A stretch of DNA of 58,638 nt, the filler included, from Sphacelaria rigidula (taxonomy: Eukaryota): assembly GCA_964200075.2 (NCBI GenBank). It is 10 parts of 10 records of this genome, joined end to end, with 100 filler letters (N's around TTAATTAATTAA, not from the genome) between each part and the next. Parts side by side here need not be neighbours in the genome. Positions count along the whole stretch, not along the records: positions 5,876 to 11,649 come from CAXNAA020024569.1; positions 11,750 to 17,523 come from CAXNAA020024570.1; positions 17,624 to 23,397 come from CAXNAA020024571.1; positions 23,498 to 29,271 come from CAXNAA020024572.1; 6 more parts are not named here. One strand, 5' to 3'. The stretch's first letter is position 1; the number at the start of each line of letters is the position of its first letter. The notes under the pieces are model-generated. The model was not told where the DNA came from and did not search any database. It was given only the letters and a program-made list of their open reading frames with translations. Position numbers and translations under genes: made by a program. Below are positions 11,150-23,626 of the stretch, piece by piece.

Positions 11150-11649
11150 CCGATCGTCGGATCGCACCGCCCCTTGCATCCACATAGGGTGGGGTGGCAA
11201 ACCTTCCCCAACTTAGCGCAAGTGCACGTGCGCTTGCATCTATGCTTCCCTGTCGCCGCAGGGGTGCAGCAGCACGAAAGGCGTCTGACCTTCCTGGTGG
11301 GGTCGATATGTGCGTGCTCCGACAAGACCACAACAACATTGTCTTCCGTCATAGCCTCGTCTGCGCGGTGGTCCACCCACGATTGTTGAAGTCGACAGAG
11401 GGCATGGGCTTTGCCACCCCCCCCAACCAATACTGTAGTGCTGCCCCTGCTCGTTTCCCTTGGAAGCGTAAGGCAGCCTCAGCCGACTCCACATCTTTCG
11501 GCTTAGTGCCGCCTGCTTTCCACCTCAAGAATCTGACTCGGTTCAAAAACTTCGTAATATCCCCCCCCCTCCCGCTTGCTGACACCCATGAGGCAGTGTA
11601 AAAGCTGTGGCTGTCTCTGGAAGTGGCGATACCACAGAATAAAGCAACT
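11150..11649 (-). pseudogene. Frameshifted C-terminal fragment of a probable Academ-type DNA transposase (Cys8/CXC zinc finger)
   Basis: Joining two frames gives ...TKFLNRVRFLRWKAGGTKPKDVESAEAALRFQGKRAGAALQYWLGG...DFNNRGW, then ...LSCCCTPAATGKHRCKRTCTCAKLGKVCHPTLCGCKGRC. This follows the motif order LPPTxxALxxHxxRAxxQxxxW...GW...CxC...CxCxK..C...CxC that I recall for such transposases. The scaffold end truncates it. Confidence 0.6.
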
Positions 11650-12529
11650 NNNNNNNNNNNNNNNNNNNNNNNNNNNNNNNNNNNNNNNNNNNNTTAATTA
11701 ATTAANNNNNNNNNNNNNNNNNNNNNNNNNNNNNNNNNNNNNNNNNNNNAGGAACACCCATCTCGTCAAATGTACACCGTCTCGTATTTTTTTCCCGAGA
11801 ATCTTGTGCAATAACCAACCGTAAGTAGCCATCTTGTTATTTTCACTCGTTATTTGCAAATAACGAGAGGAAATAACCAACCGGAAAAAACGGCCTTAGA
11901 CCCTCAAGATTTGCACAGGTGTCCTATGGGTCATTACTTCTTGACTTTTTTCACCGTTTTTCCGGGGTCCCAGTTTTGTGGGGAAACTTCGATGCAGTCG
12001 GACCCCGTAAAACGGTAAAGAAAACAATATAAAACCTCGTCCTTGCAAAGGTTGCGTAATGACGCATAGAACACCTGTGCAAAATTTCAGGGCCTAACTC
12101 CTTAAAACGGCGTGAAGTTTTTCGCGTTTGTGCGATGAACCTTGCCGTGCCACGGTGAAACGCCAAACTACTAGATTTTGGTATGAAAATGGCGTTTTAG
12201 GGCCTTTTTCGACGTGGACATGAAAATTCAAGCACCAGTTAATCGATTTTGGCCACGAAACTTTGTGGGGTTCTTCCTTGGGTGTGCGGCGGCAGAGAAT
12301 TCGCGAATAATATGGAAAAAAAAGACTTTCGTGCCGGTTTGCCGGGGTCCCAGAATGGATGACCTCAAAAAAACGACTGGGATCCTGTCGGACCCACGAA
12401 AAACGGTCAACAATTCAAGAAATAGAAAAACCTTGGTGGATCGAAACTTGCGTGATGATTTACAGCACATATGTGCAAAGTGTCAAGGTCGCACTTCTGA
12501 TGAATGCGCCAAGACTGCGCGTATGTGCG

Positions 12530-13150
12530 AGGATGTGAGCTTGAAACGTGCAAACTCCTAACTACTTGGTTTGAGTACGAAAACATCTTTGAGGGTGAAT
12601 TTTTACGTCAAGGAAGGAGAAATTGTACGAGATTTTCGATCTTCTCCACCAAAAATTGTACATGTGTTCCTTGGACCATCCTGGGAAGCATCATGTTATT
12701 ATTTTTCTTATGAGTTTTTCTGTACCGCCTTTCGGGGGTCTTTGTACTGGGATCCCCGGAAGCCGGTAGAGAACGGAGAAACTTTGAACCCTTGCCAATA
12801 ACGCAATTTTTCTATTTGGAGCATCAATACCTATGGAACTGCCAAGTTTGAGGATGATCTGAGCTTTCCTACAACAGATATAAGGGAAATCGTCAAGAGG
12901 CTCTTTGAGTCTTTCCTGTGTATCATGAGCGGAAATTAGACGACGCCAAACTCCACATCACCCAAACATTACGGTTGCGGGTATAATTCGACCCCGCAGG
13001 AACCGTTTTCGAATCCGTTTCTCCTGTTGGATTCTGGAGGTGATGACTGTCACTACGATTTGAAGCATGTGGAGATTCGGTGGAAATTGGGCTTGGAAAT
13101 CGTATTTCCAATTTCGGAACAGTTTGAAAGGCGCTGATTGGTCAAGACAC
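12530..13150. repeat. Dispersed non-coding repeat (probable DNA-transposon segment), homologous to ~19328-19925
   Basis: Both loci share, in the same order, GTGAGCTTGAAACGTGCAAAC, TTTGGAGCAxCAAT...GGAACTGCCAAGTTTGAGG and GGCGCTGATTGGTC. Confidence 0.8.
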
Positions 13151-15248
13151 ATTTTTGTCCATAGCGCCACCGCTAAAGCCTTGAAAAAAATTCCGGTTAT
13201 GTCACCCTCTTCGTTTGTTCATTGCGGTCAGTATGATACCATGTATGCGACTTTTGGGTGCGCATTGCAGAAGGCATTTACTGATGACAGAATTTGTTTT
13301 ATTTTCCGTGAACCAGCCTGTATGACCTGCGGATATAGTGAAAAAAATGTGAAAATAGTGCAGGGAACATGTATCAACGGCCACCTGCTCGCGCAGGTGT
13401 TGCACTCCTTGCAGTCTGCAATGCTACCGTTATAAAAAAAACAGGCAGGCGTATTGAGGGCTCCCGCAGCCTGCACCGAGCACTTACCCTATAAACCGTA
13501 TCCACAACAAGAGAGTTGCCTTCCTGCGAGATACTACTGCTACTGTCGTCATGTCCACGTGACTCAAGACTTGGAGGTTTGAAATGTGAAGTACGTGCGG
13601 GCACATGCAGGTGATACACAGTTACTGTGTGTAGTATCACGACGTGGTGACGGCCGGAGTACGCTCATCGTCCGCTGCGGAGCCATTTGCACCGTGCGAT
13701 GGCTTGGATGATAGCTAGGGACTATGTGAGTGTACAGGAGGTACTGCAAGAGCACGGGGGATGTGACTAGACTTTTGTTTCTTACGCGCATTTTTTGTTT
13801 TCATTATGCGTTTCATTGCTCTTATTTTCATGCTCGAAAATCATGTGCCGCTTCATGCGTATTGTGGTGGAGTATGCGCGACTTATGCGCGTCCTTGTTG
13901 TGGCTGGAGCCGCCGTCTGATGTGAAATATGACACAGTTATCTTTTTATCATTTTCACATCAACATAAAGTAGTACAGTACTGTACCATGAGAAAAGATG
14001 CGCAGGTTTTCGCCACCAAAAAATAAACAAAGCACACCCGACTACTGCAGTGTATCTATCCCTGTGCTCAACTCGTGCTCTATGCTGCAGGATTGCGGTG
14101 GTAGCTGAGAGTGAGTTGGATGGAGTTTGCATGTTGCTGTGAACACGTGTCATTTGGCGTGGTGGTCTGTAAGACAGGAGTCAAGTGCCGCTTCGCACAT
14201 TGCGACCACATGTTTTCGATCGAAAACGATTGTTTCTTACCCCGAGTAATTCTTCTACGCGTGCCGCTAATTGTAATTTCGAATCGAAGCCTTCTAGGAG
14301 CATAAATGCGGTGGACCTATCGGATCGGCAGAAAAAAATCAACCGCACCTTTTCGATTAAAAAAAAAAAAGTTTCAGGCCGTGTCTTATCAAAATTTTCC
14401 CGGCTCGAACGACTTCGTGCGGCGGAATTGATTCACTTCGCTTTGCTACGTTTCGGTCCGAGCGAATTTGCACGCTTTGAATCGAAAAGGCGAAGCGAAA
14501 TTCGTGAAGCGGTATTTCTTCACTTATATTCAATAGACAGTACAGAGCAGAGAGTACAGACTGTACAACATCGGCGGCCTGTACTGTACTGTTGTCCAGA
14601 TGGTGTGTGTTTCGCACAGCATGCGGGCGCTATGTGGAAACGAAGCGGGTAACGCGACACACAGCAGAATATTTGACAGCCAGCACAGGTTTCTGACTCT
14701 CTTCATACAGGAGGATTCGTAGCAGATTTGAACTACGTGCAGTTTTTCACCGCCTCTCCTGTACATGAGCGCGTTGGCAATTCGATCGCCCACCCCGACA
14801 CGCAACTCCGTCGGTGGACCCTGCCATAAAATTAGATGCCCAAGTTTTTGCCAACAAGAAGAAATACATGCTAAAAGTGTGGTATAGTGTCGGTTCCCTA
14901 TCACTGCTGCAGTATATATCCCTGTGCTGAGTAGGTGATTTTGGTTGGGTACGTGGCTGCGAATGAACCATTTGGGTTTTGCGTACCTCTGTGAAAGGGT
15001 AGTATCTGGCATATGGCACGGTTGTCTGCAACATGGGAGTTACGTGCCGCTTCGTTCATTCCGCCGCTCGTTTCGCTCGAAAAGCTACGCTTTTCTGTTC
15101 TTGACCCTGCCCGTCGCGCGCGACTATTTATAAAATGGACTTGGAGCCTTCTAGGAACATAAATGCCGAGGTCGTATCAGAATCGGCCTCGTAACGACCA
15201 GTTCGATTCGACCGCATGTTTTCGAGTCGGAAAAAAAATGACAGAAGA

Positions 15249-15622
15249 GGCCGTGTCTTATCAAATTGTCTTCGACTCGAAAACGTACGGTGGAATCGAA
15301 TTTGCTCGTACCTGATACGTCCACGGCACTCATGTTCTCAACCATCTGAGATAATCAGCAGCGTGGACGAATCGGAAACGAGCAAATTTGATTCCACCAC
15401 ACGTTTTCGACACGAAAACAAATTGATAAGCAGGCCGTCTCTTATCAAATTGGTTTTGACTCGAAAACGTACGGTGGAATCAAATTTGCTCGTTTCCGAT
15501 TCGTCCACGCTGCTAATTTTCTCAGATGGTTGAGAACATGAATGCCGTGGACGTATCAGGTACGAGCAAATTTGATTCCACCGTACGTTTTCGAGCTGAA
15601 AACAATTTGGTAAGACACGGCC
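15249..15622. mobile_element. Inverted dimer of a ~185-bp fold-back MITE (Harbinger/Tourist-like GGCC termini), forming a ~374-bp palindrome
   Basis: Ends are GGCCGTGTCTTATCAAATTG and CAATTTGGTAAGACACGGCC, with a central GGCC at 15433-15436. Each half is itself a hairpin, and the second half is approximately the reverse complement of the first. Confidence 0.85.
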
Positions 15623-18320
15623 TCAGACACGCCCTCACCCTTCGGAAACAACAAAGCAACGGACGGGACGGGACCGAACAGACATGCCTGAAAGACGACG
15701 GACGAGATGGGGTATCCTGCCCCGCCTCGTCAATCATTCCGTGAGAATTTCGTCCGGTGACAAGCCCAGGCACACATACTGAGCTATCACATCGAACTCG
15801 CGTGCTCGTGATTTCCCATGCATGGCGTTGGCCAACCAGCAGCCGACGGCCACCCTTGAACAGGCCATTTGGTCGTTTGTAGGTCACCATGGTTGAAGGA
15901 TTGAAGTTCTCGCACAGGCGGGACGTACAATTAGAACGGAACACGCGCAGTACAGTACAGTACAGAACAGAACAGTACAGTACAGGGAAGCTCATTTCCG
16001 TCTTTTGATTTGACACCATATCCATCCATCACGTGGTGGTAATCACTTGGCAGCTGGTGTTGCATGTATGGTGGATATACGAGTGTGTTGTAGTTGAAGA
16101 TCGAGGACCCAGCTCCTGTTGATTGTCTTGCAGGTTGTCCCAAAAAAGACACCCTGAGGGGAACGCCTTTCGCACACAGTATGATAATATGATTTCAACA
16201 TCCAGCCCGCCCACGTGAATACACGAGCCCAGATGTGTACCGAGCAGCACACCGCAGCACACCATCGGCCACTGGGTTTTCAGCAGCATCCTGCGTATGC
16301 ACACATACTTCCTATATATTGCACTGGTACCTATACGGCGCTTTTCTGCCTGTGCTGGGTATCGTCTACGGTATTGTACAATAAAAACGGTACCGTGGCG
16401 ACCGCGAAGTCAACTTGGTCACTGCATGTCGAGATACTGCAGCGGACAGATACGAATCGACGGGGTGATAGAAGTCCTCCAAACACAAAATGACATAGAG
16501 AGATGGGAAGAATCTTAGCTACAATGTAGAGGAACCTTCTGAAAGCCCAAGTCTATGATAAGTGGTCTCACCTAACAAGTGTGTTACCCTAGCGCTGACT
16601 TGTACCTGCCTCTGTTGTTTGTAGCATGGCTGGGCGCGGCACTGTTGCACATGGGTTTTTGTTTTTTTCTTGCCCAGTTTCGCCTGATTCAGTGTCACGT
16701 TTTTTACCACCCATCAAATAGCAAAAGACACGGGGCAGCCAACAGGCTTGATGGAGGAAATTATAACAAATGGCGAACATACCAGCATGAACCTGTGAGG
16801 AACTTCCGTAGCTATTTCTAGACGATTTCGGGTTGAACATTGTTCGTCACAGCACATATATATGCTGACGATATACGAGGATATACACGAGCATATTACG
16901 TACGCAAAAGCTGGCTGACTTATTCTTCACACACACTCTACAGAAGATCCTGGGAAATTGTTGTTGTTGTTGATGTTGTCTTCACATTAAAAACCGTTCC
17001 GATATCTGCGNNNNNNNNNNTCCGTGGTCACAGGTTAGCAGAAGAAACCAAAATAAAATAAAATAGATCCAGAGTGAAAAAACTCACAAATGGGGTTGAA
17101 TTTTCAAATGGGGCTGAACCCACCTTCCGAAAATTCACAATTGGCTCAGAACCTTTTTGCAAAAGCAACCAACTGAGGATCTATTTGTCTGTTAAAAAAA
17201 AAAAACTTCTCCTAGGTTGCCTCGTCGCGCATTGTTGCGGCGGTGTCTGAAGCCGCGCAAGCATTGCCTTCGTACAATCGAAACGGCTGTCATCAGGTGA
17301 CAGGAGGAGGAGCTTTCGTCGGCTTCCTTCGGGTGCCATCAATTATTTTCCGATTTTTTTTCGAACGTCTCTCGAAATAATAAACATGGAAATAATTATT
17401 TCATGAGATCAGCAGCAAACAAGGAGGGGGGTTGCCGTGGCACGCGGGAGGGCTGCAGGGAGCGGAGAGGTTCATGACCTCATGGCACAGAAATGAAGAG
17501 GAGGCCAGCCGACTGCGTGCGATNNNNNNNNNNNNNNNNNNNNNNNNNNNNNNNNNNNNNNNNNNNNTTAATTAATTAANNNNNNNNNNNNNNNNNNNNN
17601 NNNNNNNNNNNNNNNNNNNNNNNGGGCAATCAGGCCGAAGAAATCGTGGATTTGGTGATTCTTAGTCGTGATGATTCGTCCTAACCGTGGACGATTTACC
17701 TTTGACGTTTTTTCGGGCAGGAAATGGTTGTTCTTCTACAGCCTGTGAGCAAACGATTCCCCCAAGGCGTGTTTTCAGGCCCATGCGAATGGAGCGTGGA
17801 AGAAAACAGGGCTCTCTATTCTATGGGTATGACGAATTGTTCGACCCGTCGGTGTTTTCTCACCCCCGCCAGAGTGCATGGCTGACCTTTTTTGAAGTAA
17901 CCTTCACGCCGTATCTGCGGTAGATGCCTCGTGCCGCATTATGGCAAGCCGGCGCCTAAGTTGCTATAGCAAAGGCGGCGCCGACGGGACATTTACCTCA
18001 GTTATGCCCCCGTCTACTGTCTGTATTCGAAGACAGTCACCGTCAGGCCCTGTGGATATGCGTTCACCTTCTCTGTACTGCGTGTGATGATGATATTTTC
18101 ACCTTATTTCAAGTGTAAACTCACTTCATGCACGTTACTGTATTCGTTGGAGGACGGGAAAGCCGTTCAATATTGAGCGCAAAGACGAATTTGTTTCGGA
18201 ATGTGGAGCGAATACCTATTACTTTCCGATCCCCAAACGTTGGGGTCAAACGTTTTCTGGGATGAACAGTGGCACGCAAAAACACTATTAAAAATCTCCT
18301 ATTTCAGCTGCAACCTGCTG

Positions 18321-19200
18321 TAGGCGGATGTTGATATCTTGGAATGACTTCATCCACTCGTTGAGATCGTTTCAGGGCTCCTTTGCGTTTTCCGGTGGTC
18401 ACAGTTTTGTTCTTAGTTAACGTGCATTTCCAATGACAAACATTGAAGCTATAAAAATTCCACGGTTGTGTCCTTGAGGGTACGGTTTTCTGTGTACCCG
18501 GGGTATTTTGCCGGGTATTTACCGTACCCGACAGTTCTGTCAACTCTGTAAGGCTTTCATACCGGTACCCGACAGTGCTGTAATCTCTGTAAGACTTTTA
18601 TTCCCTTGCCCGATAGTTCTGTGAGTTCTGTAAGTCATCCCGTACCATCACCGCGGGGCACGGGAATGCTCTCGACAAGATACGCGGTTGCGAGTTCGGT
18701 TTTCTGTGCAACCTCTATACCCCACCCAATCGTTTCTGTGAGTTCTGTAAGCTTCCCATACCCTTACCCGACAGTTCTGTGAGTTCTGTACAAAATGTTG
18801 AACCCTTGCTCGGAGCACGGGTAGGCTCTTGAAGAAATACTCGGTTGCTGGTACGATTGTATGTCTCATACCGTACTCGACAAGTTCTGTAATTTCTGTA
18901 AGGCTTTCAAACCGGTACCGGACAGTATTGTCATTTTTTCAAGACTTTTATACCGGTGCCCGATATTTCTATGAGTTCTGCAAGAAATCTCACACCCTAC
19001 ATAACATATCCGTACCCTACAGAACACAACCTTGCAAAAATCCTGGCAGTGTTTTCCCTATTTTTCTAATAACTTGACCATTCGTTATTGAAAATGTAAG
19101 TAAACTCCAAACAAAACTGTGACCACCGGGAAACGCGAAGGTTTCCTGGAACGGTCTCAACGAATAGAGTAAGCCCTTCCAAGGTGTCAACGTCTGCCTA
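18321..19200. mobile_element. Fold-back MITE with ~140-bp imperfect TIRs, carrying a nested element
   Basis: 18321 TAGGCGGATGTTGATATCTTGGAATG...TTCCGGTGGTCACAGTTTTGTT mirrors AACAAAACTGTGACCACCGGG...TTCCAAGGTGTCAACGTCTGCCTA ending at 19200. Confidence 0.8.
18461..19034. mobile_element. Non-autonomous hAT-like element with internal tandem subrepeats, nested in 18321-19200
   Basis: TIRs are CACGGTTGTGTCCTTGAGGGTACGG and, by reverse complement, CAAGGTTGTGTTCTGTAGGGTACGG. The 8-bp flanks AAAAATTC / CAAAAATC match at 6/8. CCCGACAGTTCTGTGAGTTCTGTAAG-like units repeat inside. Confidence 0.75.
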
Positions 19201-19259
19201 GCCATCTTTTCGGGCGTGACACGACGGAGAAGGCCAACAAGGCAGGTTTCGACAAGTTT

Positions 19260-19925
19260 TTTTTTCACACATACGAAGTGGCTCAAATCCTGAAAACGGC
19301 GTGAAGAATTGCCGTTTTGTACGATAAAGTGAGCTTGAAACGTGCAAACGCCCAAATACATGATTTAGGTGTGAAAACTTCTTTCTTGGTTATTTTGAGG
19401 AAACCTGTATGGGGTTTTTGAGTTTTACAACCAAACATTGTACGTATGTTCCTTCGACTACCCGGGACGCATGGTGTTTTTTTTTTTAATTCGAGGCATT
19501 CTGTGCCGCCTTCCGGGAGTCTTCACGCTTGGACCTTCAAAAGCAGGTAAATAGCGGCGAAACTATGAAATATTGTTAGCAACACATTAACTTTTCATTT
19601 GGAGCACCAATCCCCACGGAACTGCCAAGTTTGAGGGCGACCTGAGTTTTTTACGACAGACAGATATGAGGGAAATCTTCGTGGGTCTTCGTGCGTGTCG
19701 TCAACGGAAATGCGACGACGTCAAACCCCCACATAACTGAAATACCACGGTTTGTGGTATAGCTCGATTCCATAGTAATCGTTCCCTAATATGTTTTTCC
19801 AGGAAGATTCCCGAGGTGATGGCAATCACTAAGATTCGAAGTAGTATGCGAAGTTGGGTAGAAGTTGGGTTGAGAATTTGTGTTTTCAATTTCACAACAG
19901 TATGAAGGGCGCTGATTGGTCGACG
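19260..19925. repeat. Dispersed repeat homologous to parts of ~12090-13150
   Basis: Shares AAAACGGCGTGAAG, GTGAGCTTGAAACGTGCAAAC and GGAACTGCCAAGTTTGAGG with the copy on the previous scaffold. Confidence 0.8.
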
Positions 19926-22900
19926 TACCTTTTCGCCCTTTGCGGCGGCGGCGAGAGGGAGACAGCGGGGACAGGGAGTGTTATACCCTTCTTCACGCTG
20001 TATGTGGCGCATCCGCATATCCTCTGGCTGCTCGGTAGCAAATCTGCTAGCTACAATATATCCGACTGTACTTACTGTATGTACCGATAACAATGTGGAT
20101 AATATTGCCTCGATAGGGAGCATGAAGCAGGACATGAAATCAGCACGGTATTATTGGACAGTAGGTACTACTGTACTGTACCGAGCTTCAGCACGACCAG
20201 AGTATATGTGTACCGCCCACTTCCTCAAGGACAGAGCGAAGTACTCACCGGCCGTAATAGACAGACGTCACTACTACACAACTCTAGATGTCTCCTGAGA
20301 GCACCTCGATATTGTGGCAGTACAGTTGAGCATGAGGAACAGGCTGCTGCTGTAGAAGGGTTGAGACATGTGTGTTCGATGGCGGTTTGATAGGAAGTTG
20401 ACGTGTGTGGTGCGATATGCTGCGCCCGTGCTTTATGGCCGTTCCACGCCTGGTACGCGCCGCTACACTAGATTTATGGGAAGTTTTGGCGGTGCCTGTA
20501 TATTTGATTCGTTGTGTGTGTTAGTCTTGCGCTGTGAGCGTATCGTGCACTACTGTACACCGTACACAACATGTGTACGCTGGAAATGTCAAATTTTCGT
20601 GCTGTACCTTCTTGAAAGACCGATGAACGGCTTCCATTATAGTACAGCGAAATCAATGTCCCAAGTTGGTGTGGGTGCAACAACAGAGCGTGGATGCAGT
20701 AGCAGCACTCGTGGCCTGACCTGCGTTGCTATCTGCTTGTGGGTGGGGCCTTCGCCGCAGTGTGTCGCCTTCGCACCCGCCGAGATTGCGAGTGGATCCG
20801 CACGCACGATAGCTGTCCTGTGCTCCACAACTACAGCGAGCGTACCGTCTGTACAGATAGACGCACAACAAGTGTAAGTGTAGAGCATGTGCGATGTGTC
20901 GTCCCTGAAGCCCATTTCCACCCGCTTGAAGCTTTGTGCTGTCATTCACACACAAACAAAACGGCGATGTTCGCCAGACAGGATTGTCCATCACTTCTGC
21001 GCCTGGCACTTGTGAGACGCCCTGTGTGTTGACGACGGGGGCCGCGAGTCGACGACATGCCGACACGATGTGCCAAACCCCAGCACGAAAAGGGACATAT
21101 GATATATGGCGATGGTACTCGCATGTGGTGTACAGTAATACGATGCCTAATGCACCAAGGTGCCATTTTTTTGAGTTTTCGAAAACGTCCACCAGCTACG
21201 CCGTGTGGGTACCCCCCCCCACACCCTCAGTATAAAATAATGCGGAGGCCGGAACGTGACTGTCTACAATCCACTACTGTAATATAAAGCCCGCGCGCCC
21301 CTCTGCGTTTCCCCTATGACACTACTGAATCTTTCGAATAGTGGACTCTCGAGGAGGACCCGGTTTTCCGGGGGATCATGTTCAACTTATGAACGTACAC
21401 GAACGACCAGGCACTCCTGCCGTCCAGGATCCGCTGCAGGTAGCACGTGCTTTTTCTCGTCGGATGTAGATGATGTCATGAAACGAGAAACGAGGTGTTC
21501 ACAGAACGGATTCCATTGCCACCTTACAGCATTTCGAGTGTTTTGGCTCGGCTGGAAAGCATGCTGTAGACTCGTGCTCATGCGGTTCGACCCCTGACCT
21601 CCAACCATCTCTAGGGCGAATACTGTAGCGACATGAGGGACAGAGCGCGCCACCTACAGCGAGAACAAGACAGGGAGTATCAAGCTCTCCAGAACTGATG
21701 ATCAGTCGAATACGAGGATGTCAACACACGGTAGAGCTCTGCACCGAATGAAGAGAAAAAATGTTTCCACGAAACTCGTTGTCGCGGATGCCGGGGAGAA
21801 GGTGACGAGCGCATCACATGAAAACCCGATAGTATCCCCGCCACCGTGCCACATGCAGGGTGAGATCCAGGTTACTAAGCTTCGACAAACCATCCGCGGT
21901 CTCTGCTACCCTTTGTTGGCGGCTTGTGTCTCTTCCTCTCAGGAGCATCGGCACCGTCGCCGTCTACGCAGTTAGGGTGATTTCCACTGCGGGAATACTT
22001 CAAAAGATGAAAGCTACCGTCGAGATCTAGGAGCCTGTACCATGAACAACAATGCAGGCGAGATTTCATCCCGACAAGTACGTGTAGCTCAAACTTGCTC
22101 GATGAGCGATGAAGTAGCTGGTGTGTTTCGCGCTCGCGACGTGCACAGTAGCACATGGTGGTCACGTCGCAAACGCCAGCTTTTCGCGCCTGTGCTGTGG
22201 TGACCACAGAGCATGTGGTGGACTGAGGCGGGGCAGCTCGAACTTGAGACAGCGTGCCGCACTCGAACGCCGATATTGTCAGCAAGCCCCGCACCTCACG
22301 TGTGTGACGTAAGAGCGGTTGCCGGCGGGGTAAGACGGTGTGTGGGGGCGTCGATCGGTGTTGGTGTGCCGTGCGTGAGCTGTCGCTGGCCGTGATGCCC
22401 GGGTTCGTAGCCGTCGCTAGGCACAAGTCAAGGCGAGGAAAGTGTGTGTGTGTGTTTCTCCTCCACTACGTGTACAGTAGCACCATTTTCTCAGTTGTCG
22501 ATGCGACAGTAGGTGCACGACTTACTTCTTTTCAGACCTCTTGAACGGACGACATCACCACCACTTCCAATGCTCACGAATGAGAATTACAATCGCGGAG
22601 AATAATCATGACGCAGAGATTTCCCGACTGTCCCGCGTGTTATTTTTCAACGAGCCAAACGTAGCTCTTTCCTCCCAGACATTCAGTACACCATCCCCTT
22701 CGCGGAGCCTTTTTTGCAAGATTCGGTGAGTGTGAATTACGGACAAATGAAGGTTGCTGACAGAGAAGAACTTTGAACAGCGACGCTGTAGACTCACCCT
22801 GTTGATTGACGGTACTGCATGTAATGGATCCTACAGGGCAAAGGCACGGCCTCAGCAATCGCGTGCGCGGACCGCTTGTGGGCATCATGCACTGCACGGG

Positions 22901-23497
22901 TGTGAGGCACCCCTACCGTTCTGTTGCATTTCATCTTGACGGCCTTTCGATTCCATGGCGCATGCCAGTGTTCAGTCCTGTGCGCGAACGTAGATGAGTA
23001 CGGACACGTTGAGGCGGCGTCTTCTCAAAAGTGGTTCATCACTTTTTAAAAGATCACTTTTGGAGAAGTGATTGCCCCCACAGCGACCAGTGTTATGTCC
23101 TATCGATAGCCAGTTTTGTTCAGATCGAAGCCCAGATCTGCGCACGGGTAAAAAATGAGGCGGTTCTGGACGTGTCCGTTAGTCCAAAATGGCAGAAAGG
23201 TAGCTACGAAAATAGACGGAGAGATTTTCACACTCACACGCATTAGCTCAAGCGCTCGCTCTTGATCATCTTCACCCGACAGCCTTTGTTTGACGGAAAT
23301 CCGTCCAGTATTAGATGAAAGGCGGCCGCTTGCGTGTCAACTAGCAACCCAAAACGTGCTGTTGCTGACTGTTTTTGAGCGTGTGCTGTGCGCGCGTNNN
23401 NNNNNNNNNNNNNNNNNNNNNNNNNNNNNNNNNNNNNNNNNTTAATTAATTAANNNNNNNNNNNNNNNNNNNNNNNNNNNNNNNNNNNNNNNNNNNN

Positions 23498-23528
<31 letters not shown>

Positions 23529-23626
23529 AACCACTGCTACTACTGCTACTACTACTACAACGACCACCTTCACCGCCACCACCACCACCAACACCAACAC
23601 CAACACCAACAACAACAACAACAAAA
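23498..23626. repeat. Compound trinucleotide microsatellite (CTA)n/(CAC)n/(CAA)n
   Basis: Read directly at the scaffold start. Confidence 0.95.

Noticed and set aside
20368..23246. Cluster of overlapping ORFs on both strands
   Set aside because: Random-looking composition with no motifs; I could not support any gene.
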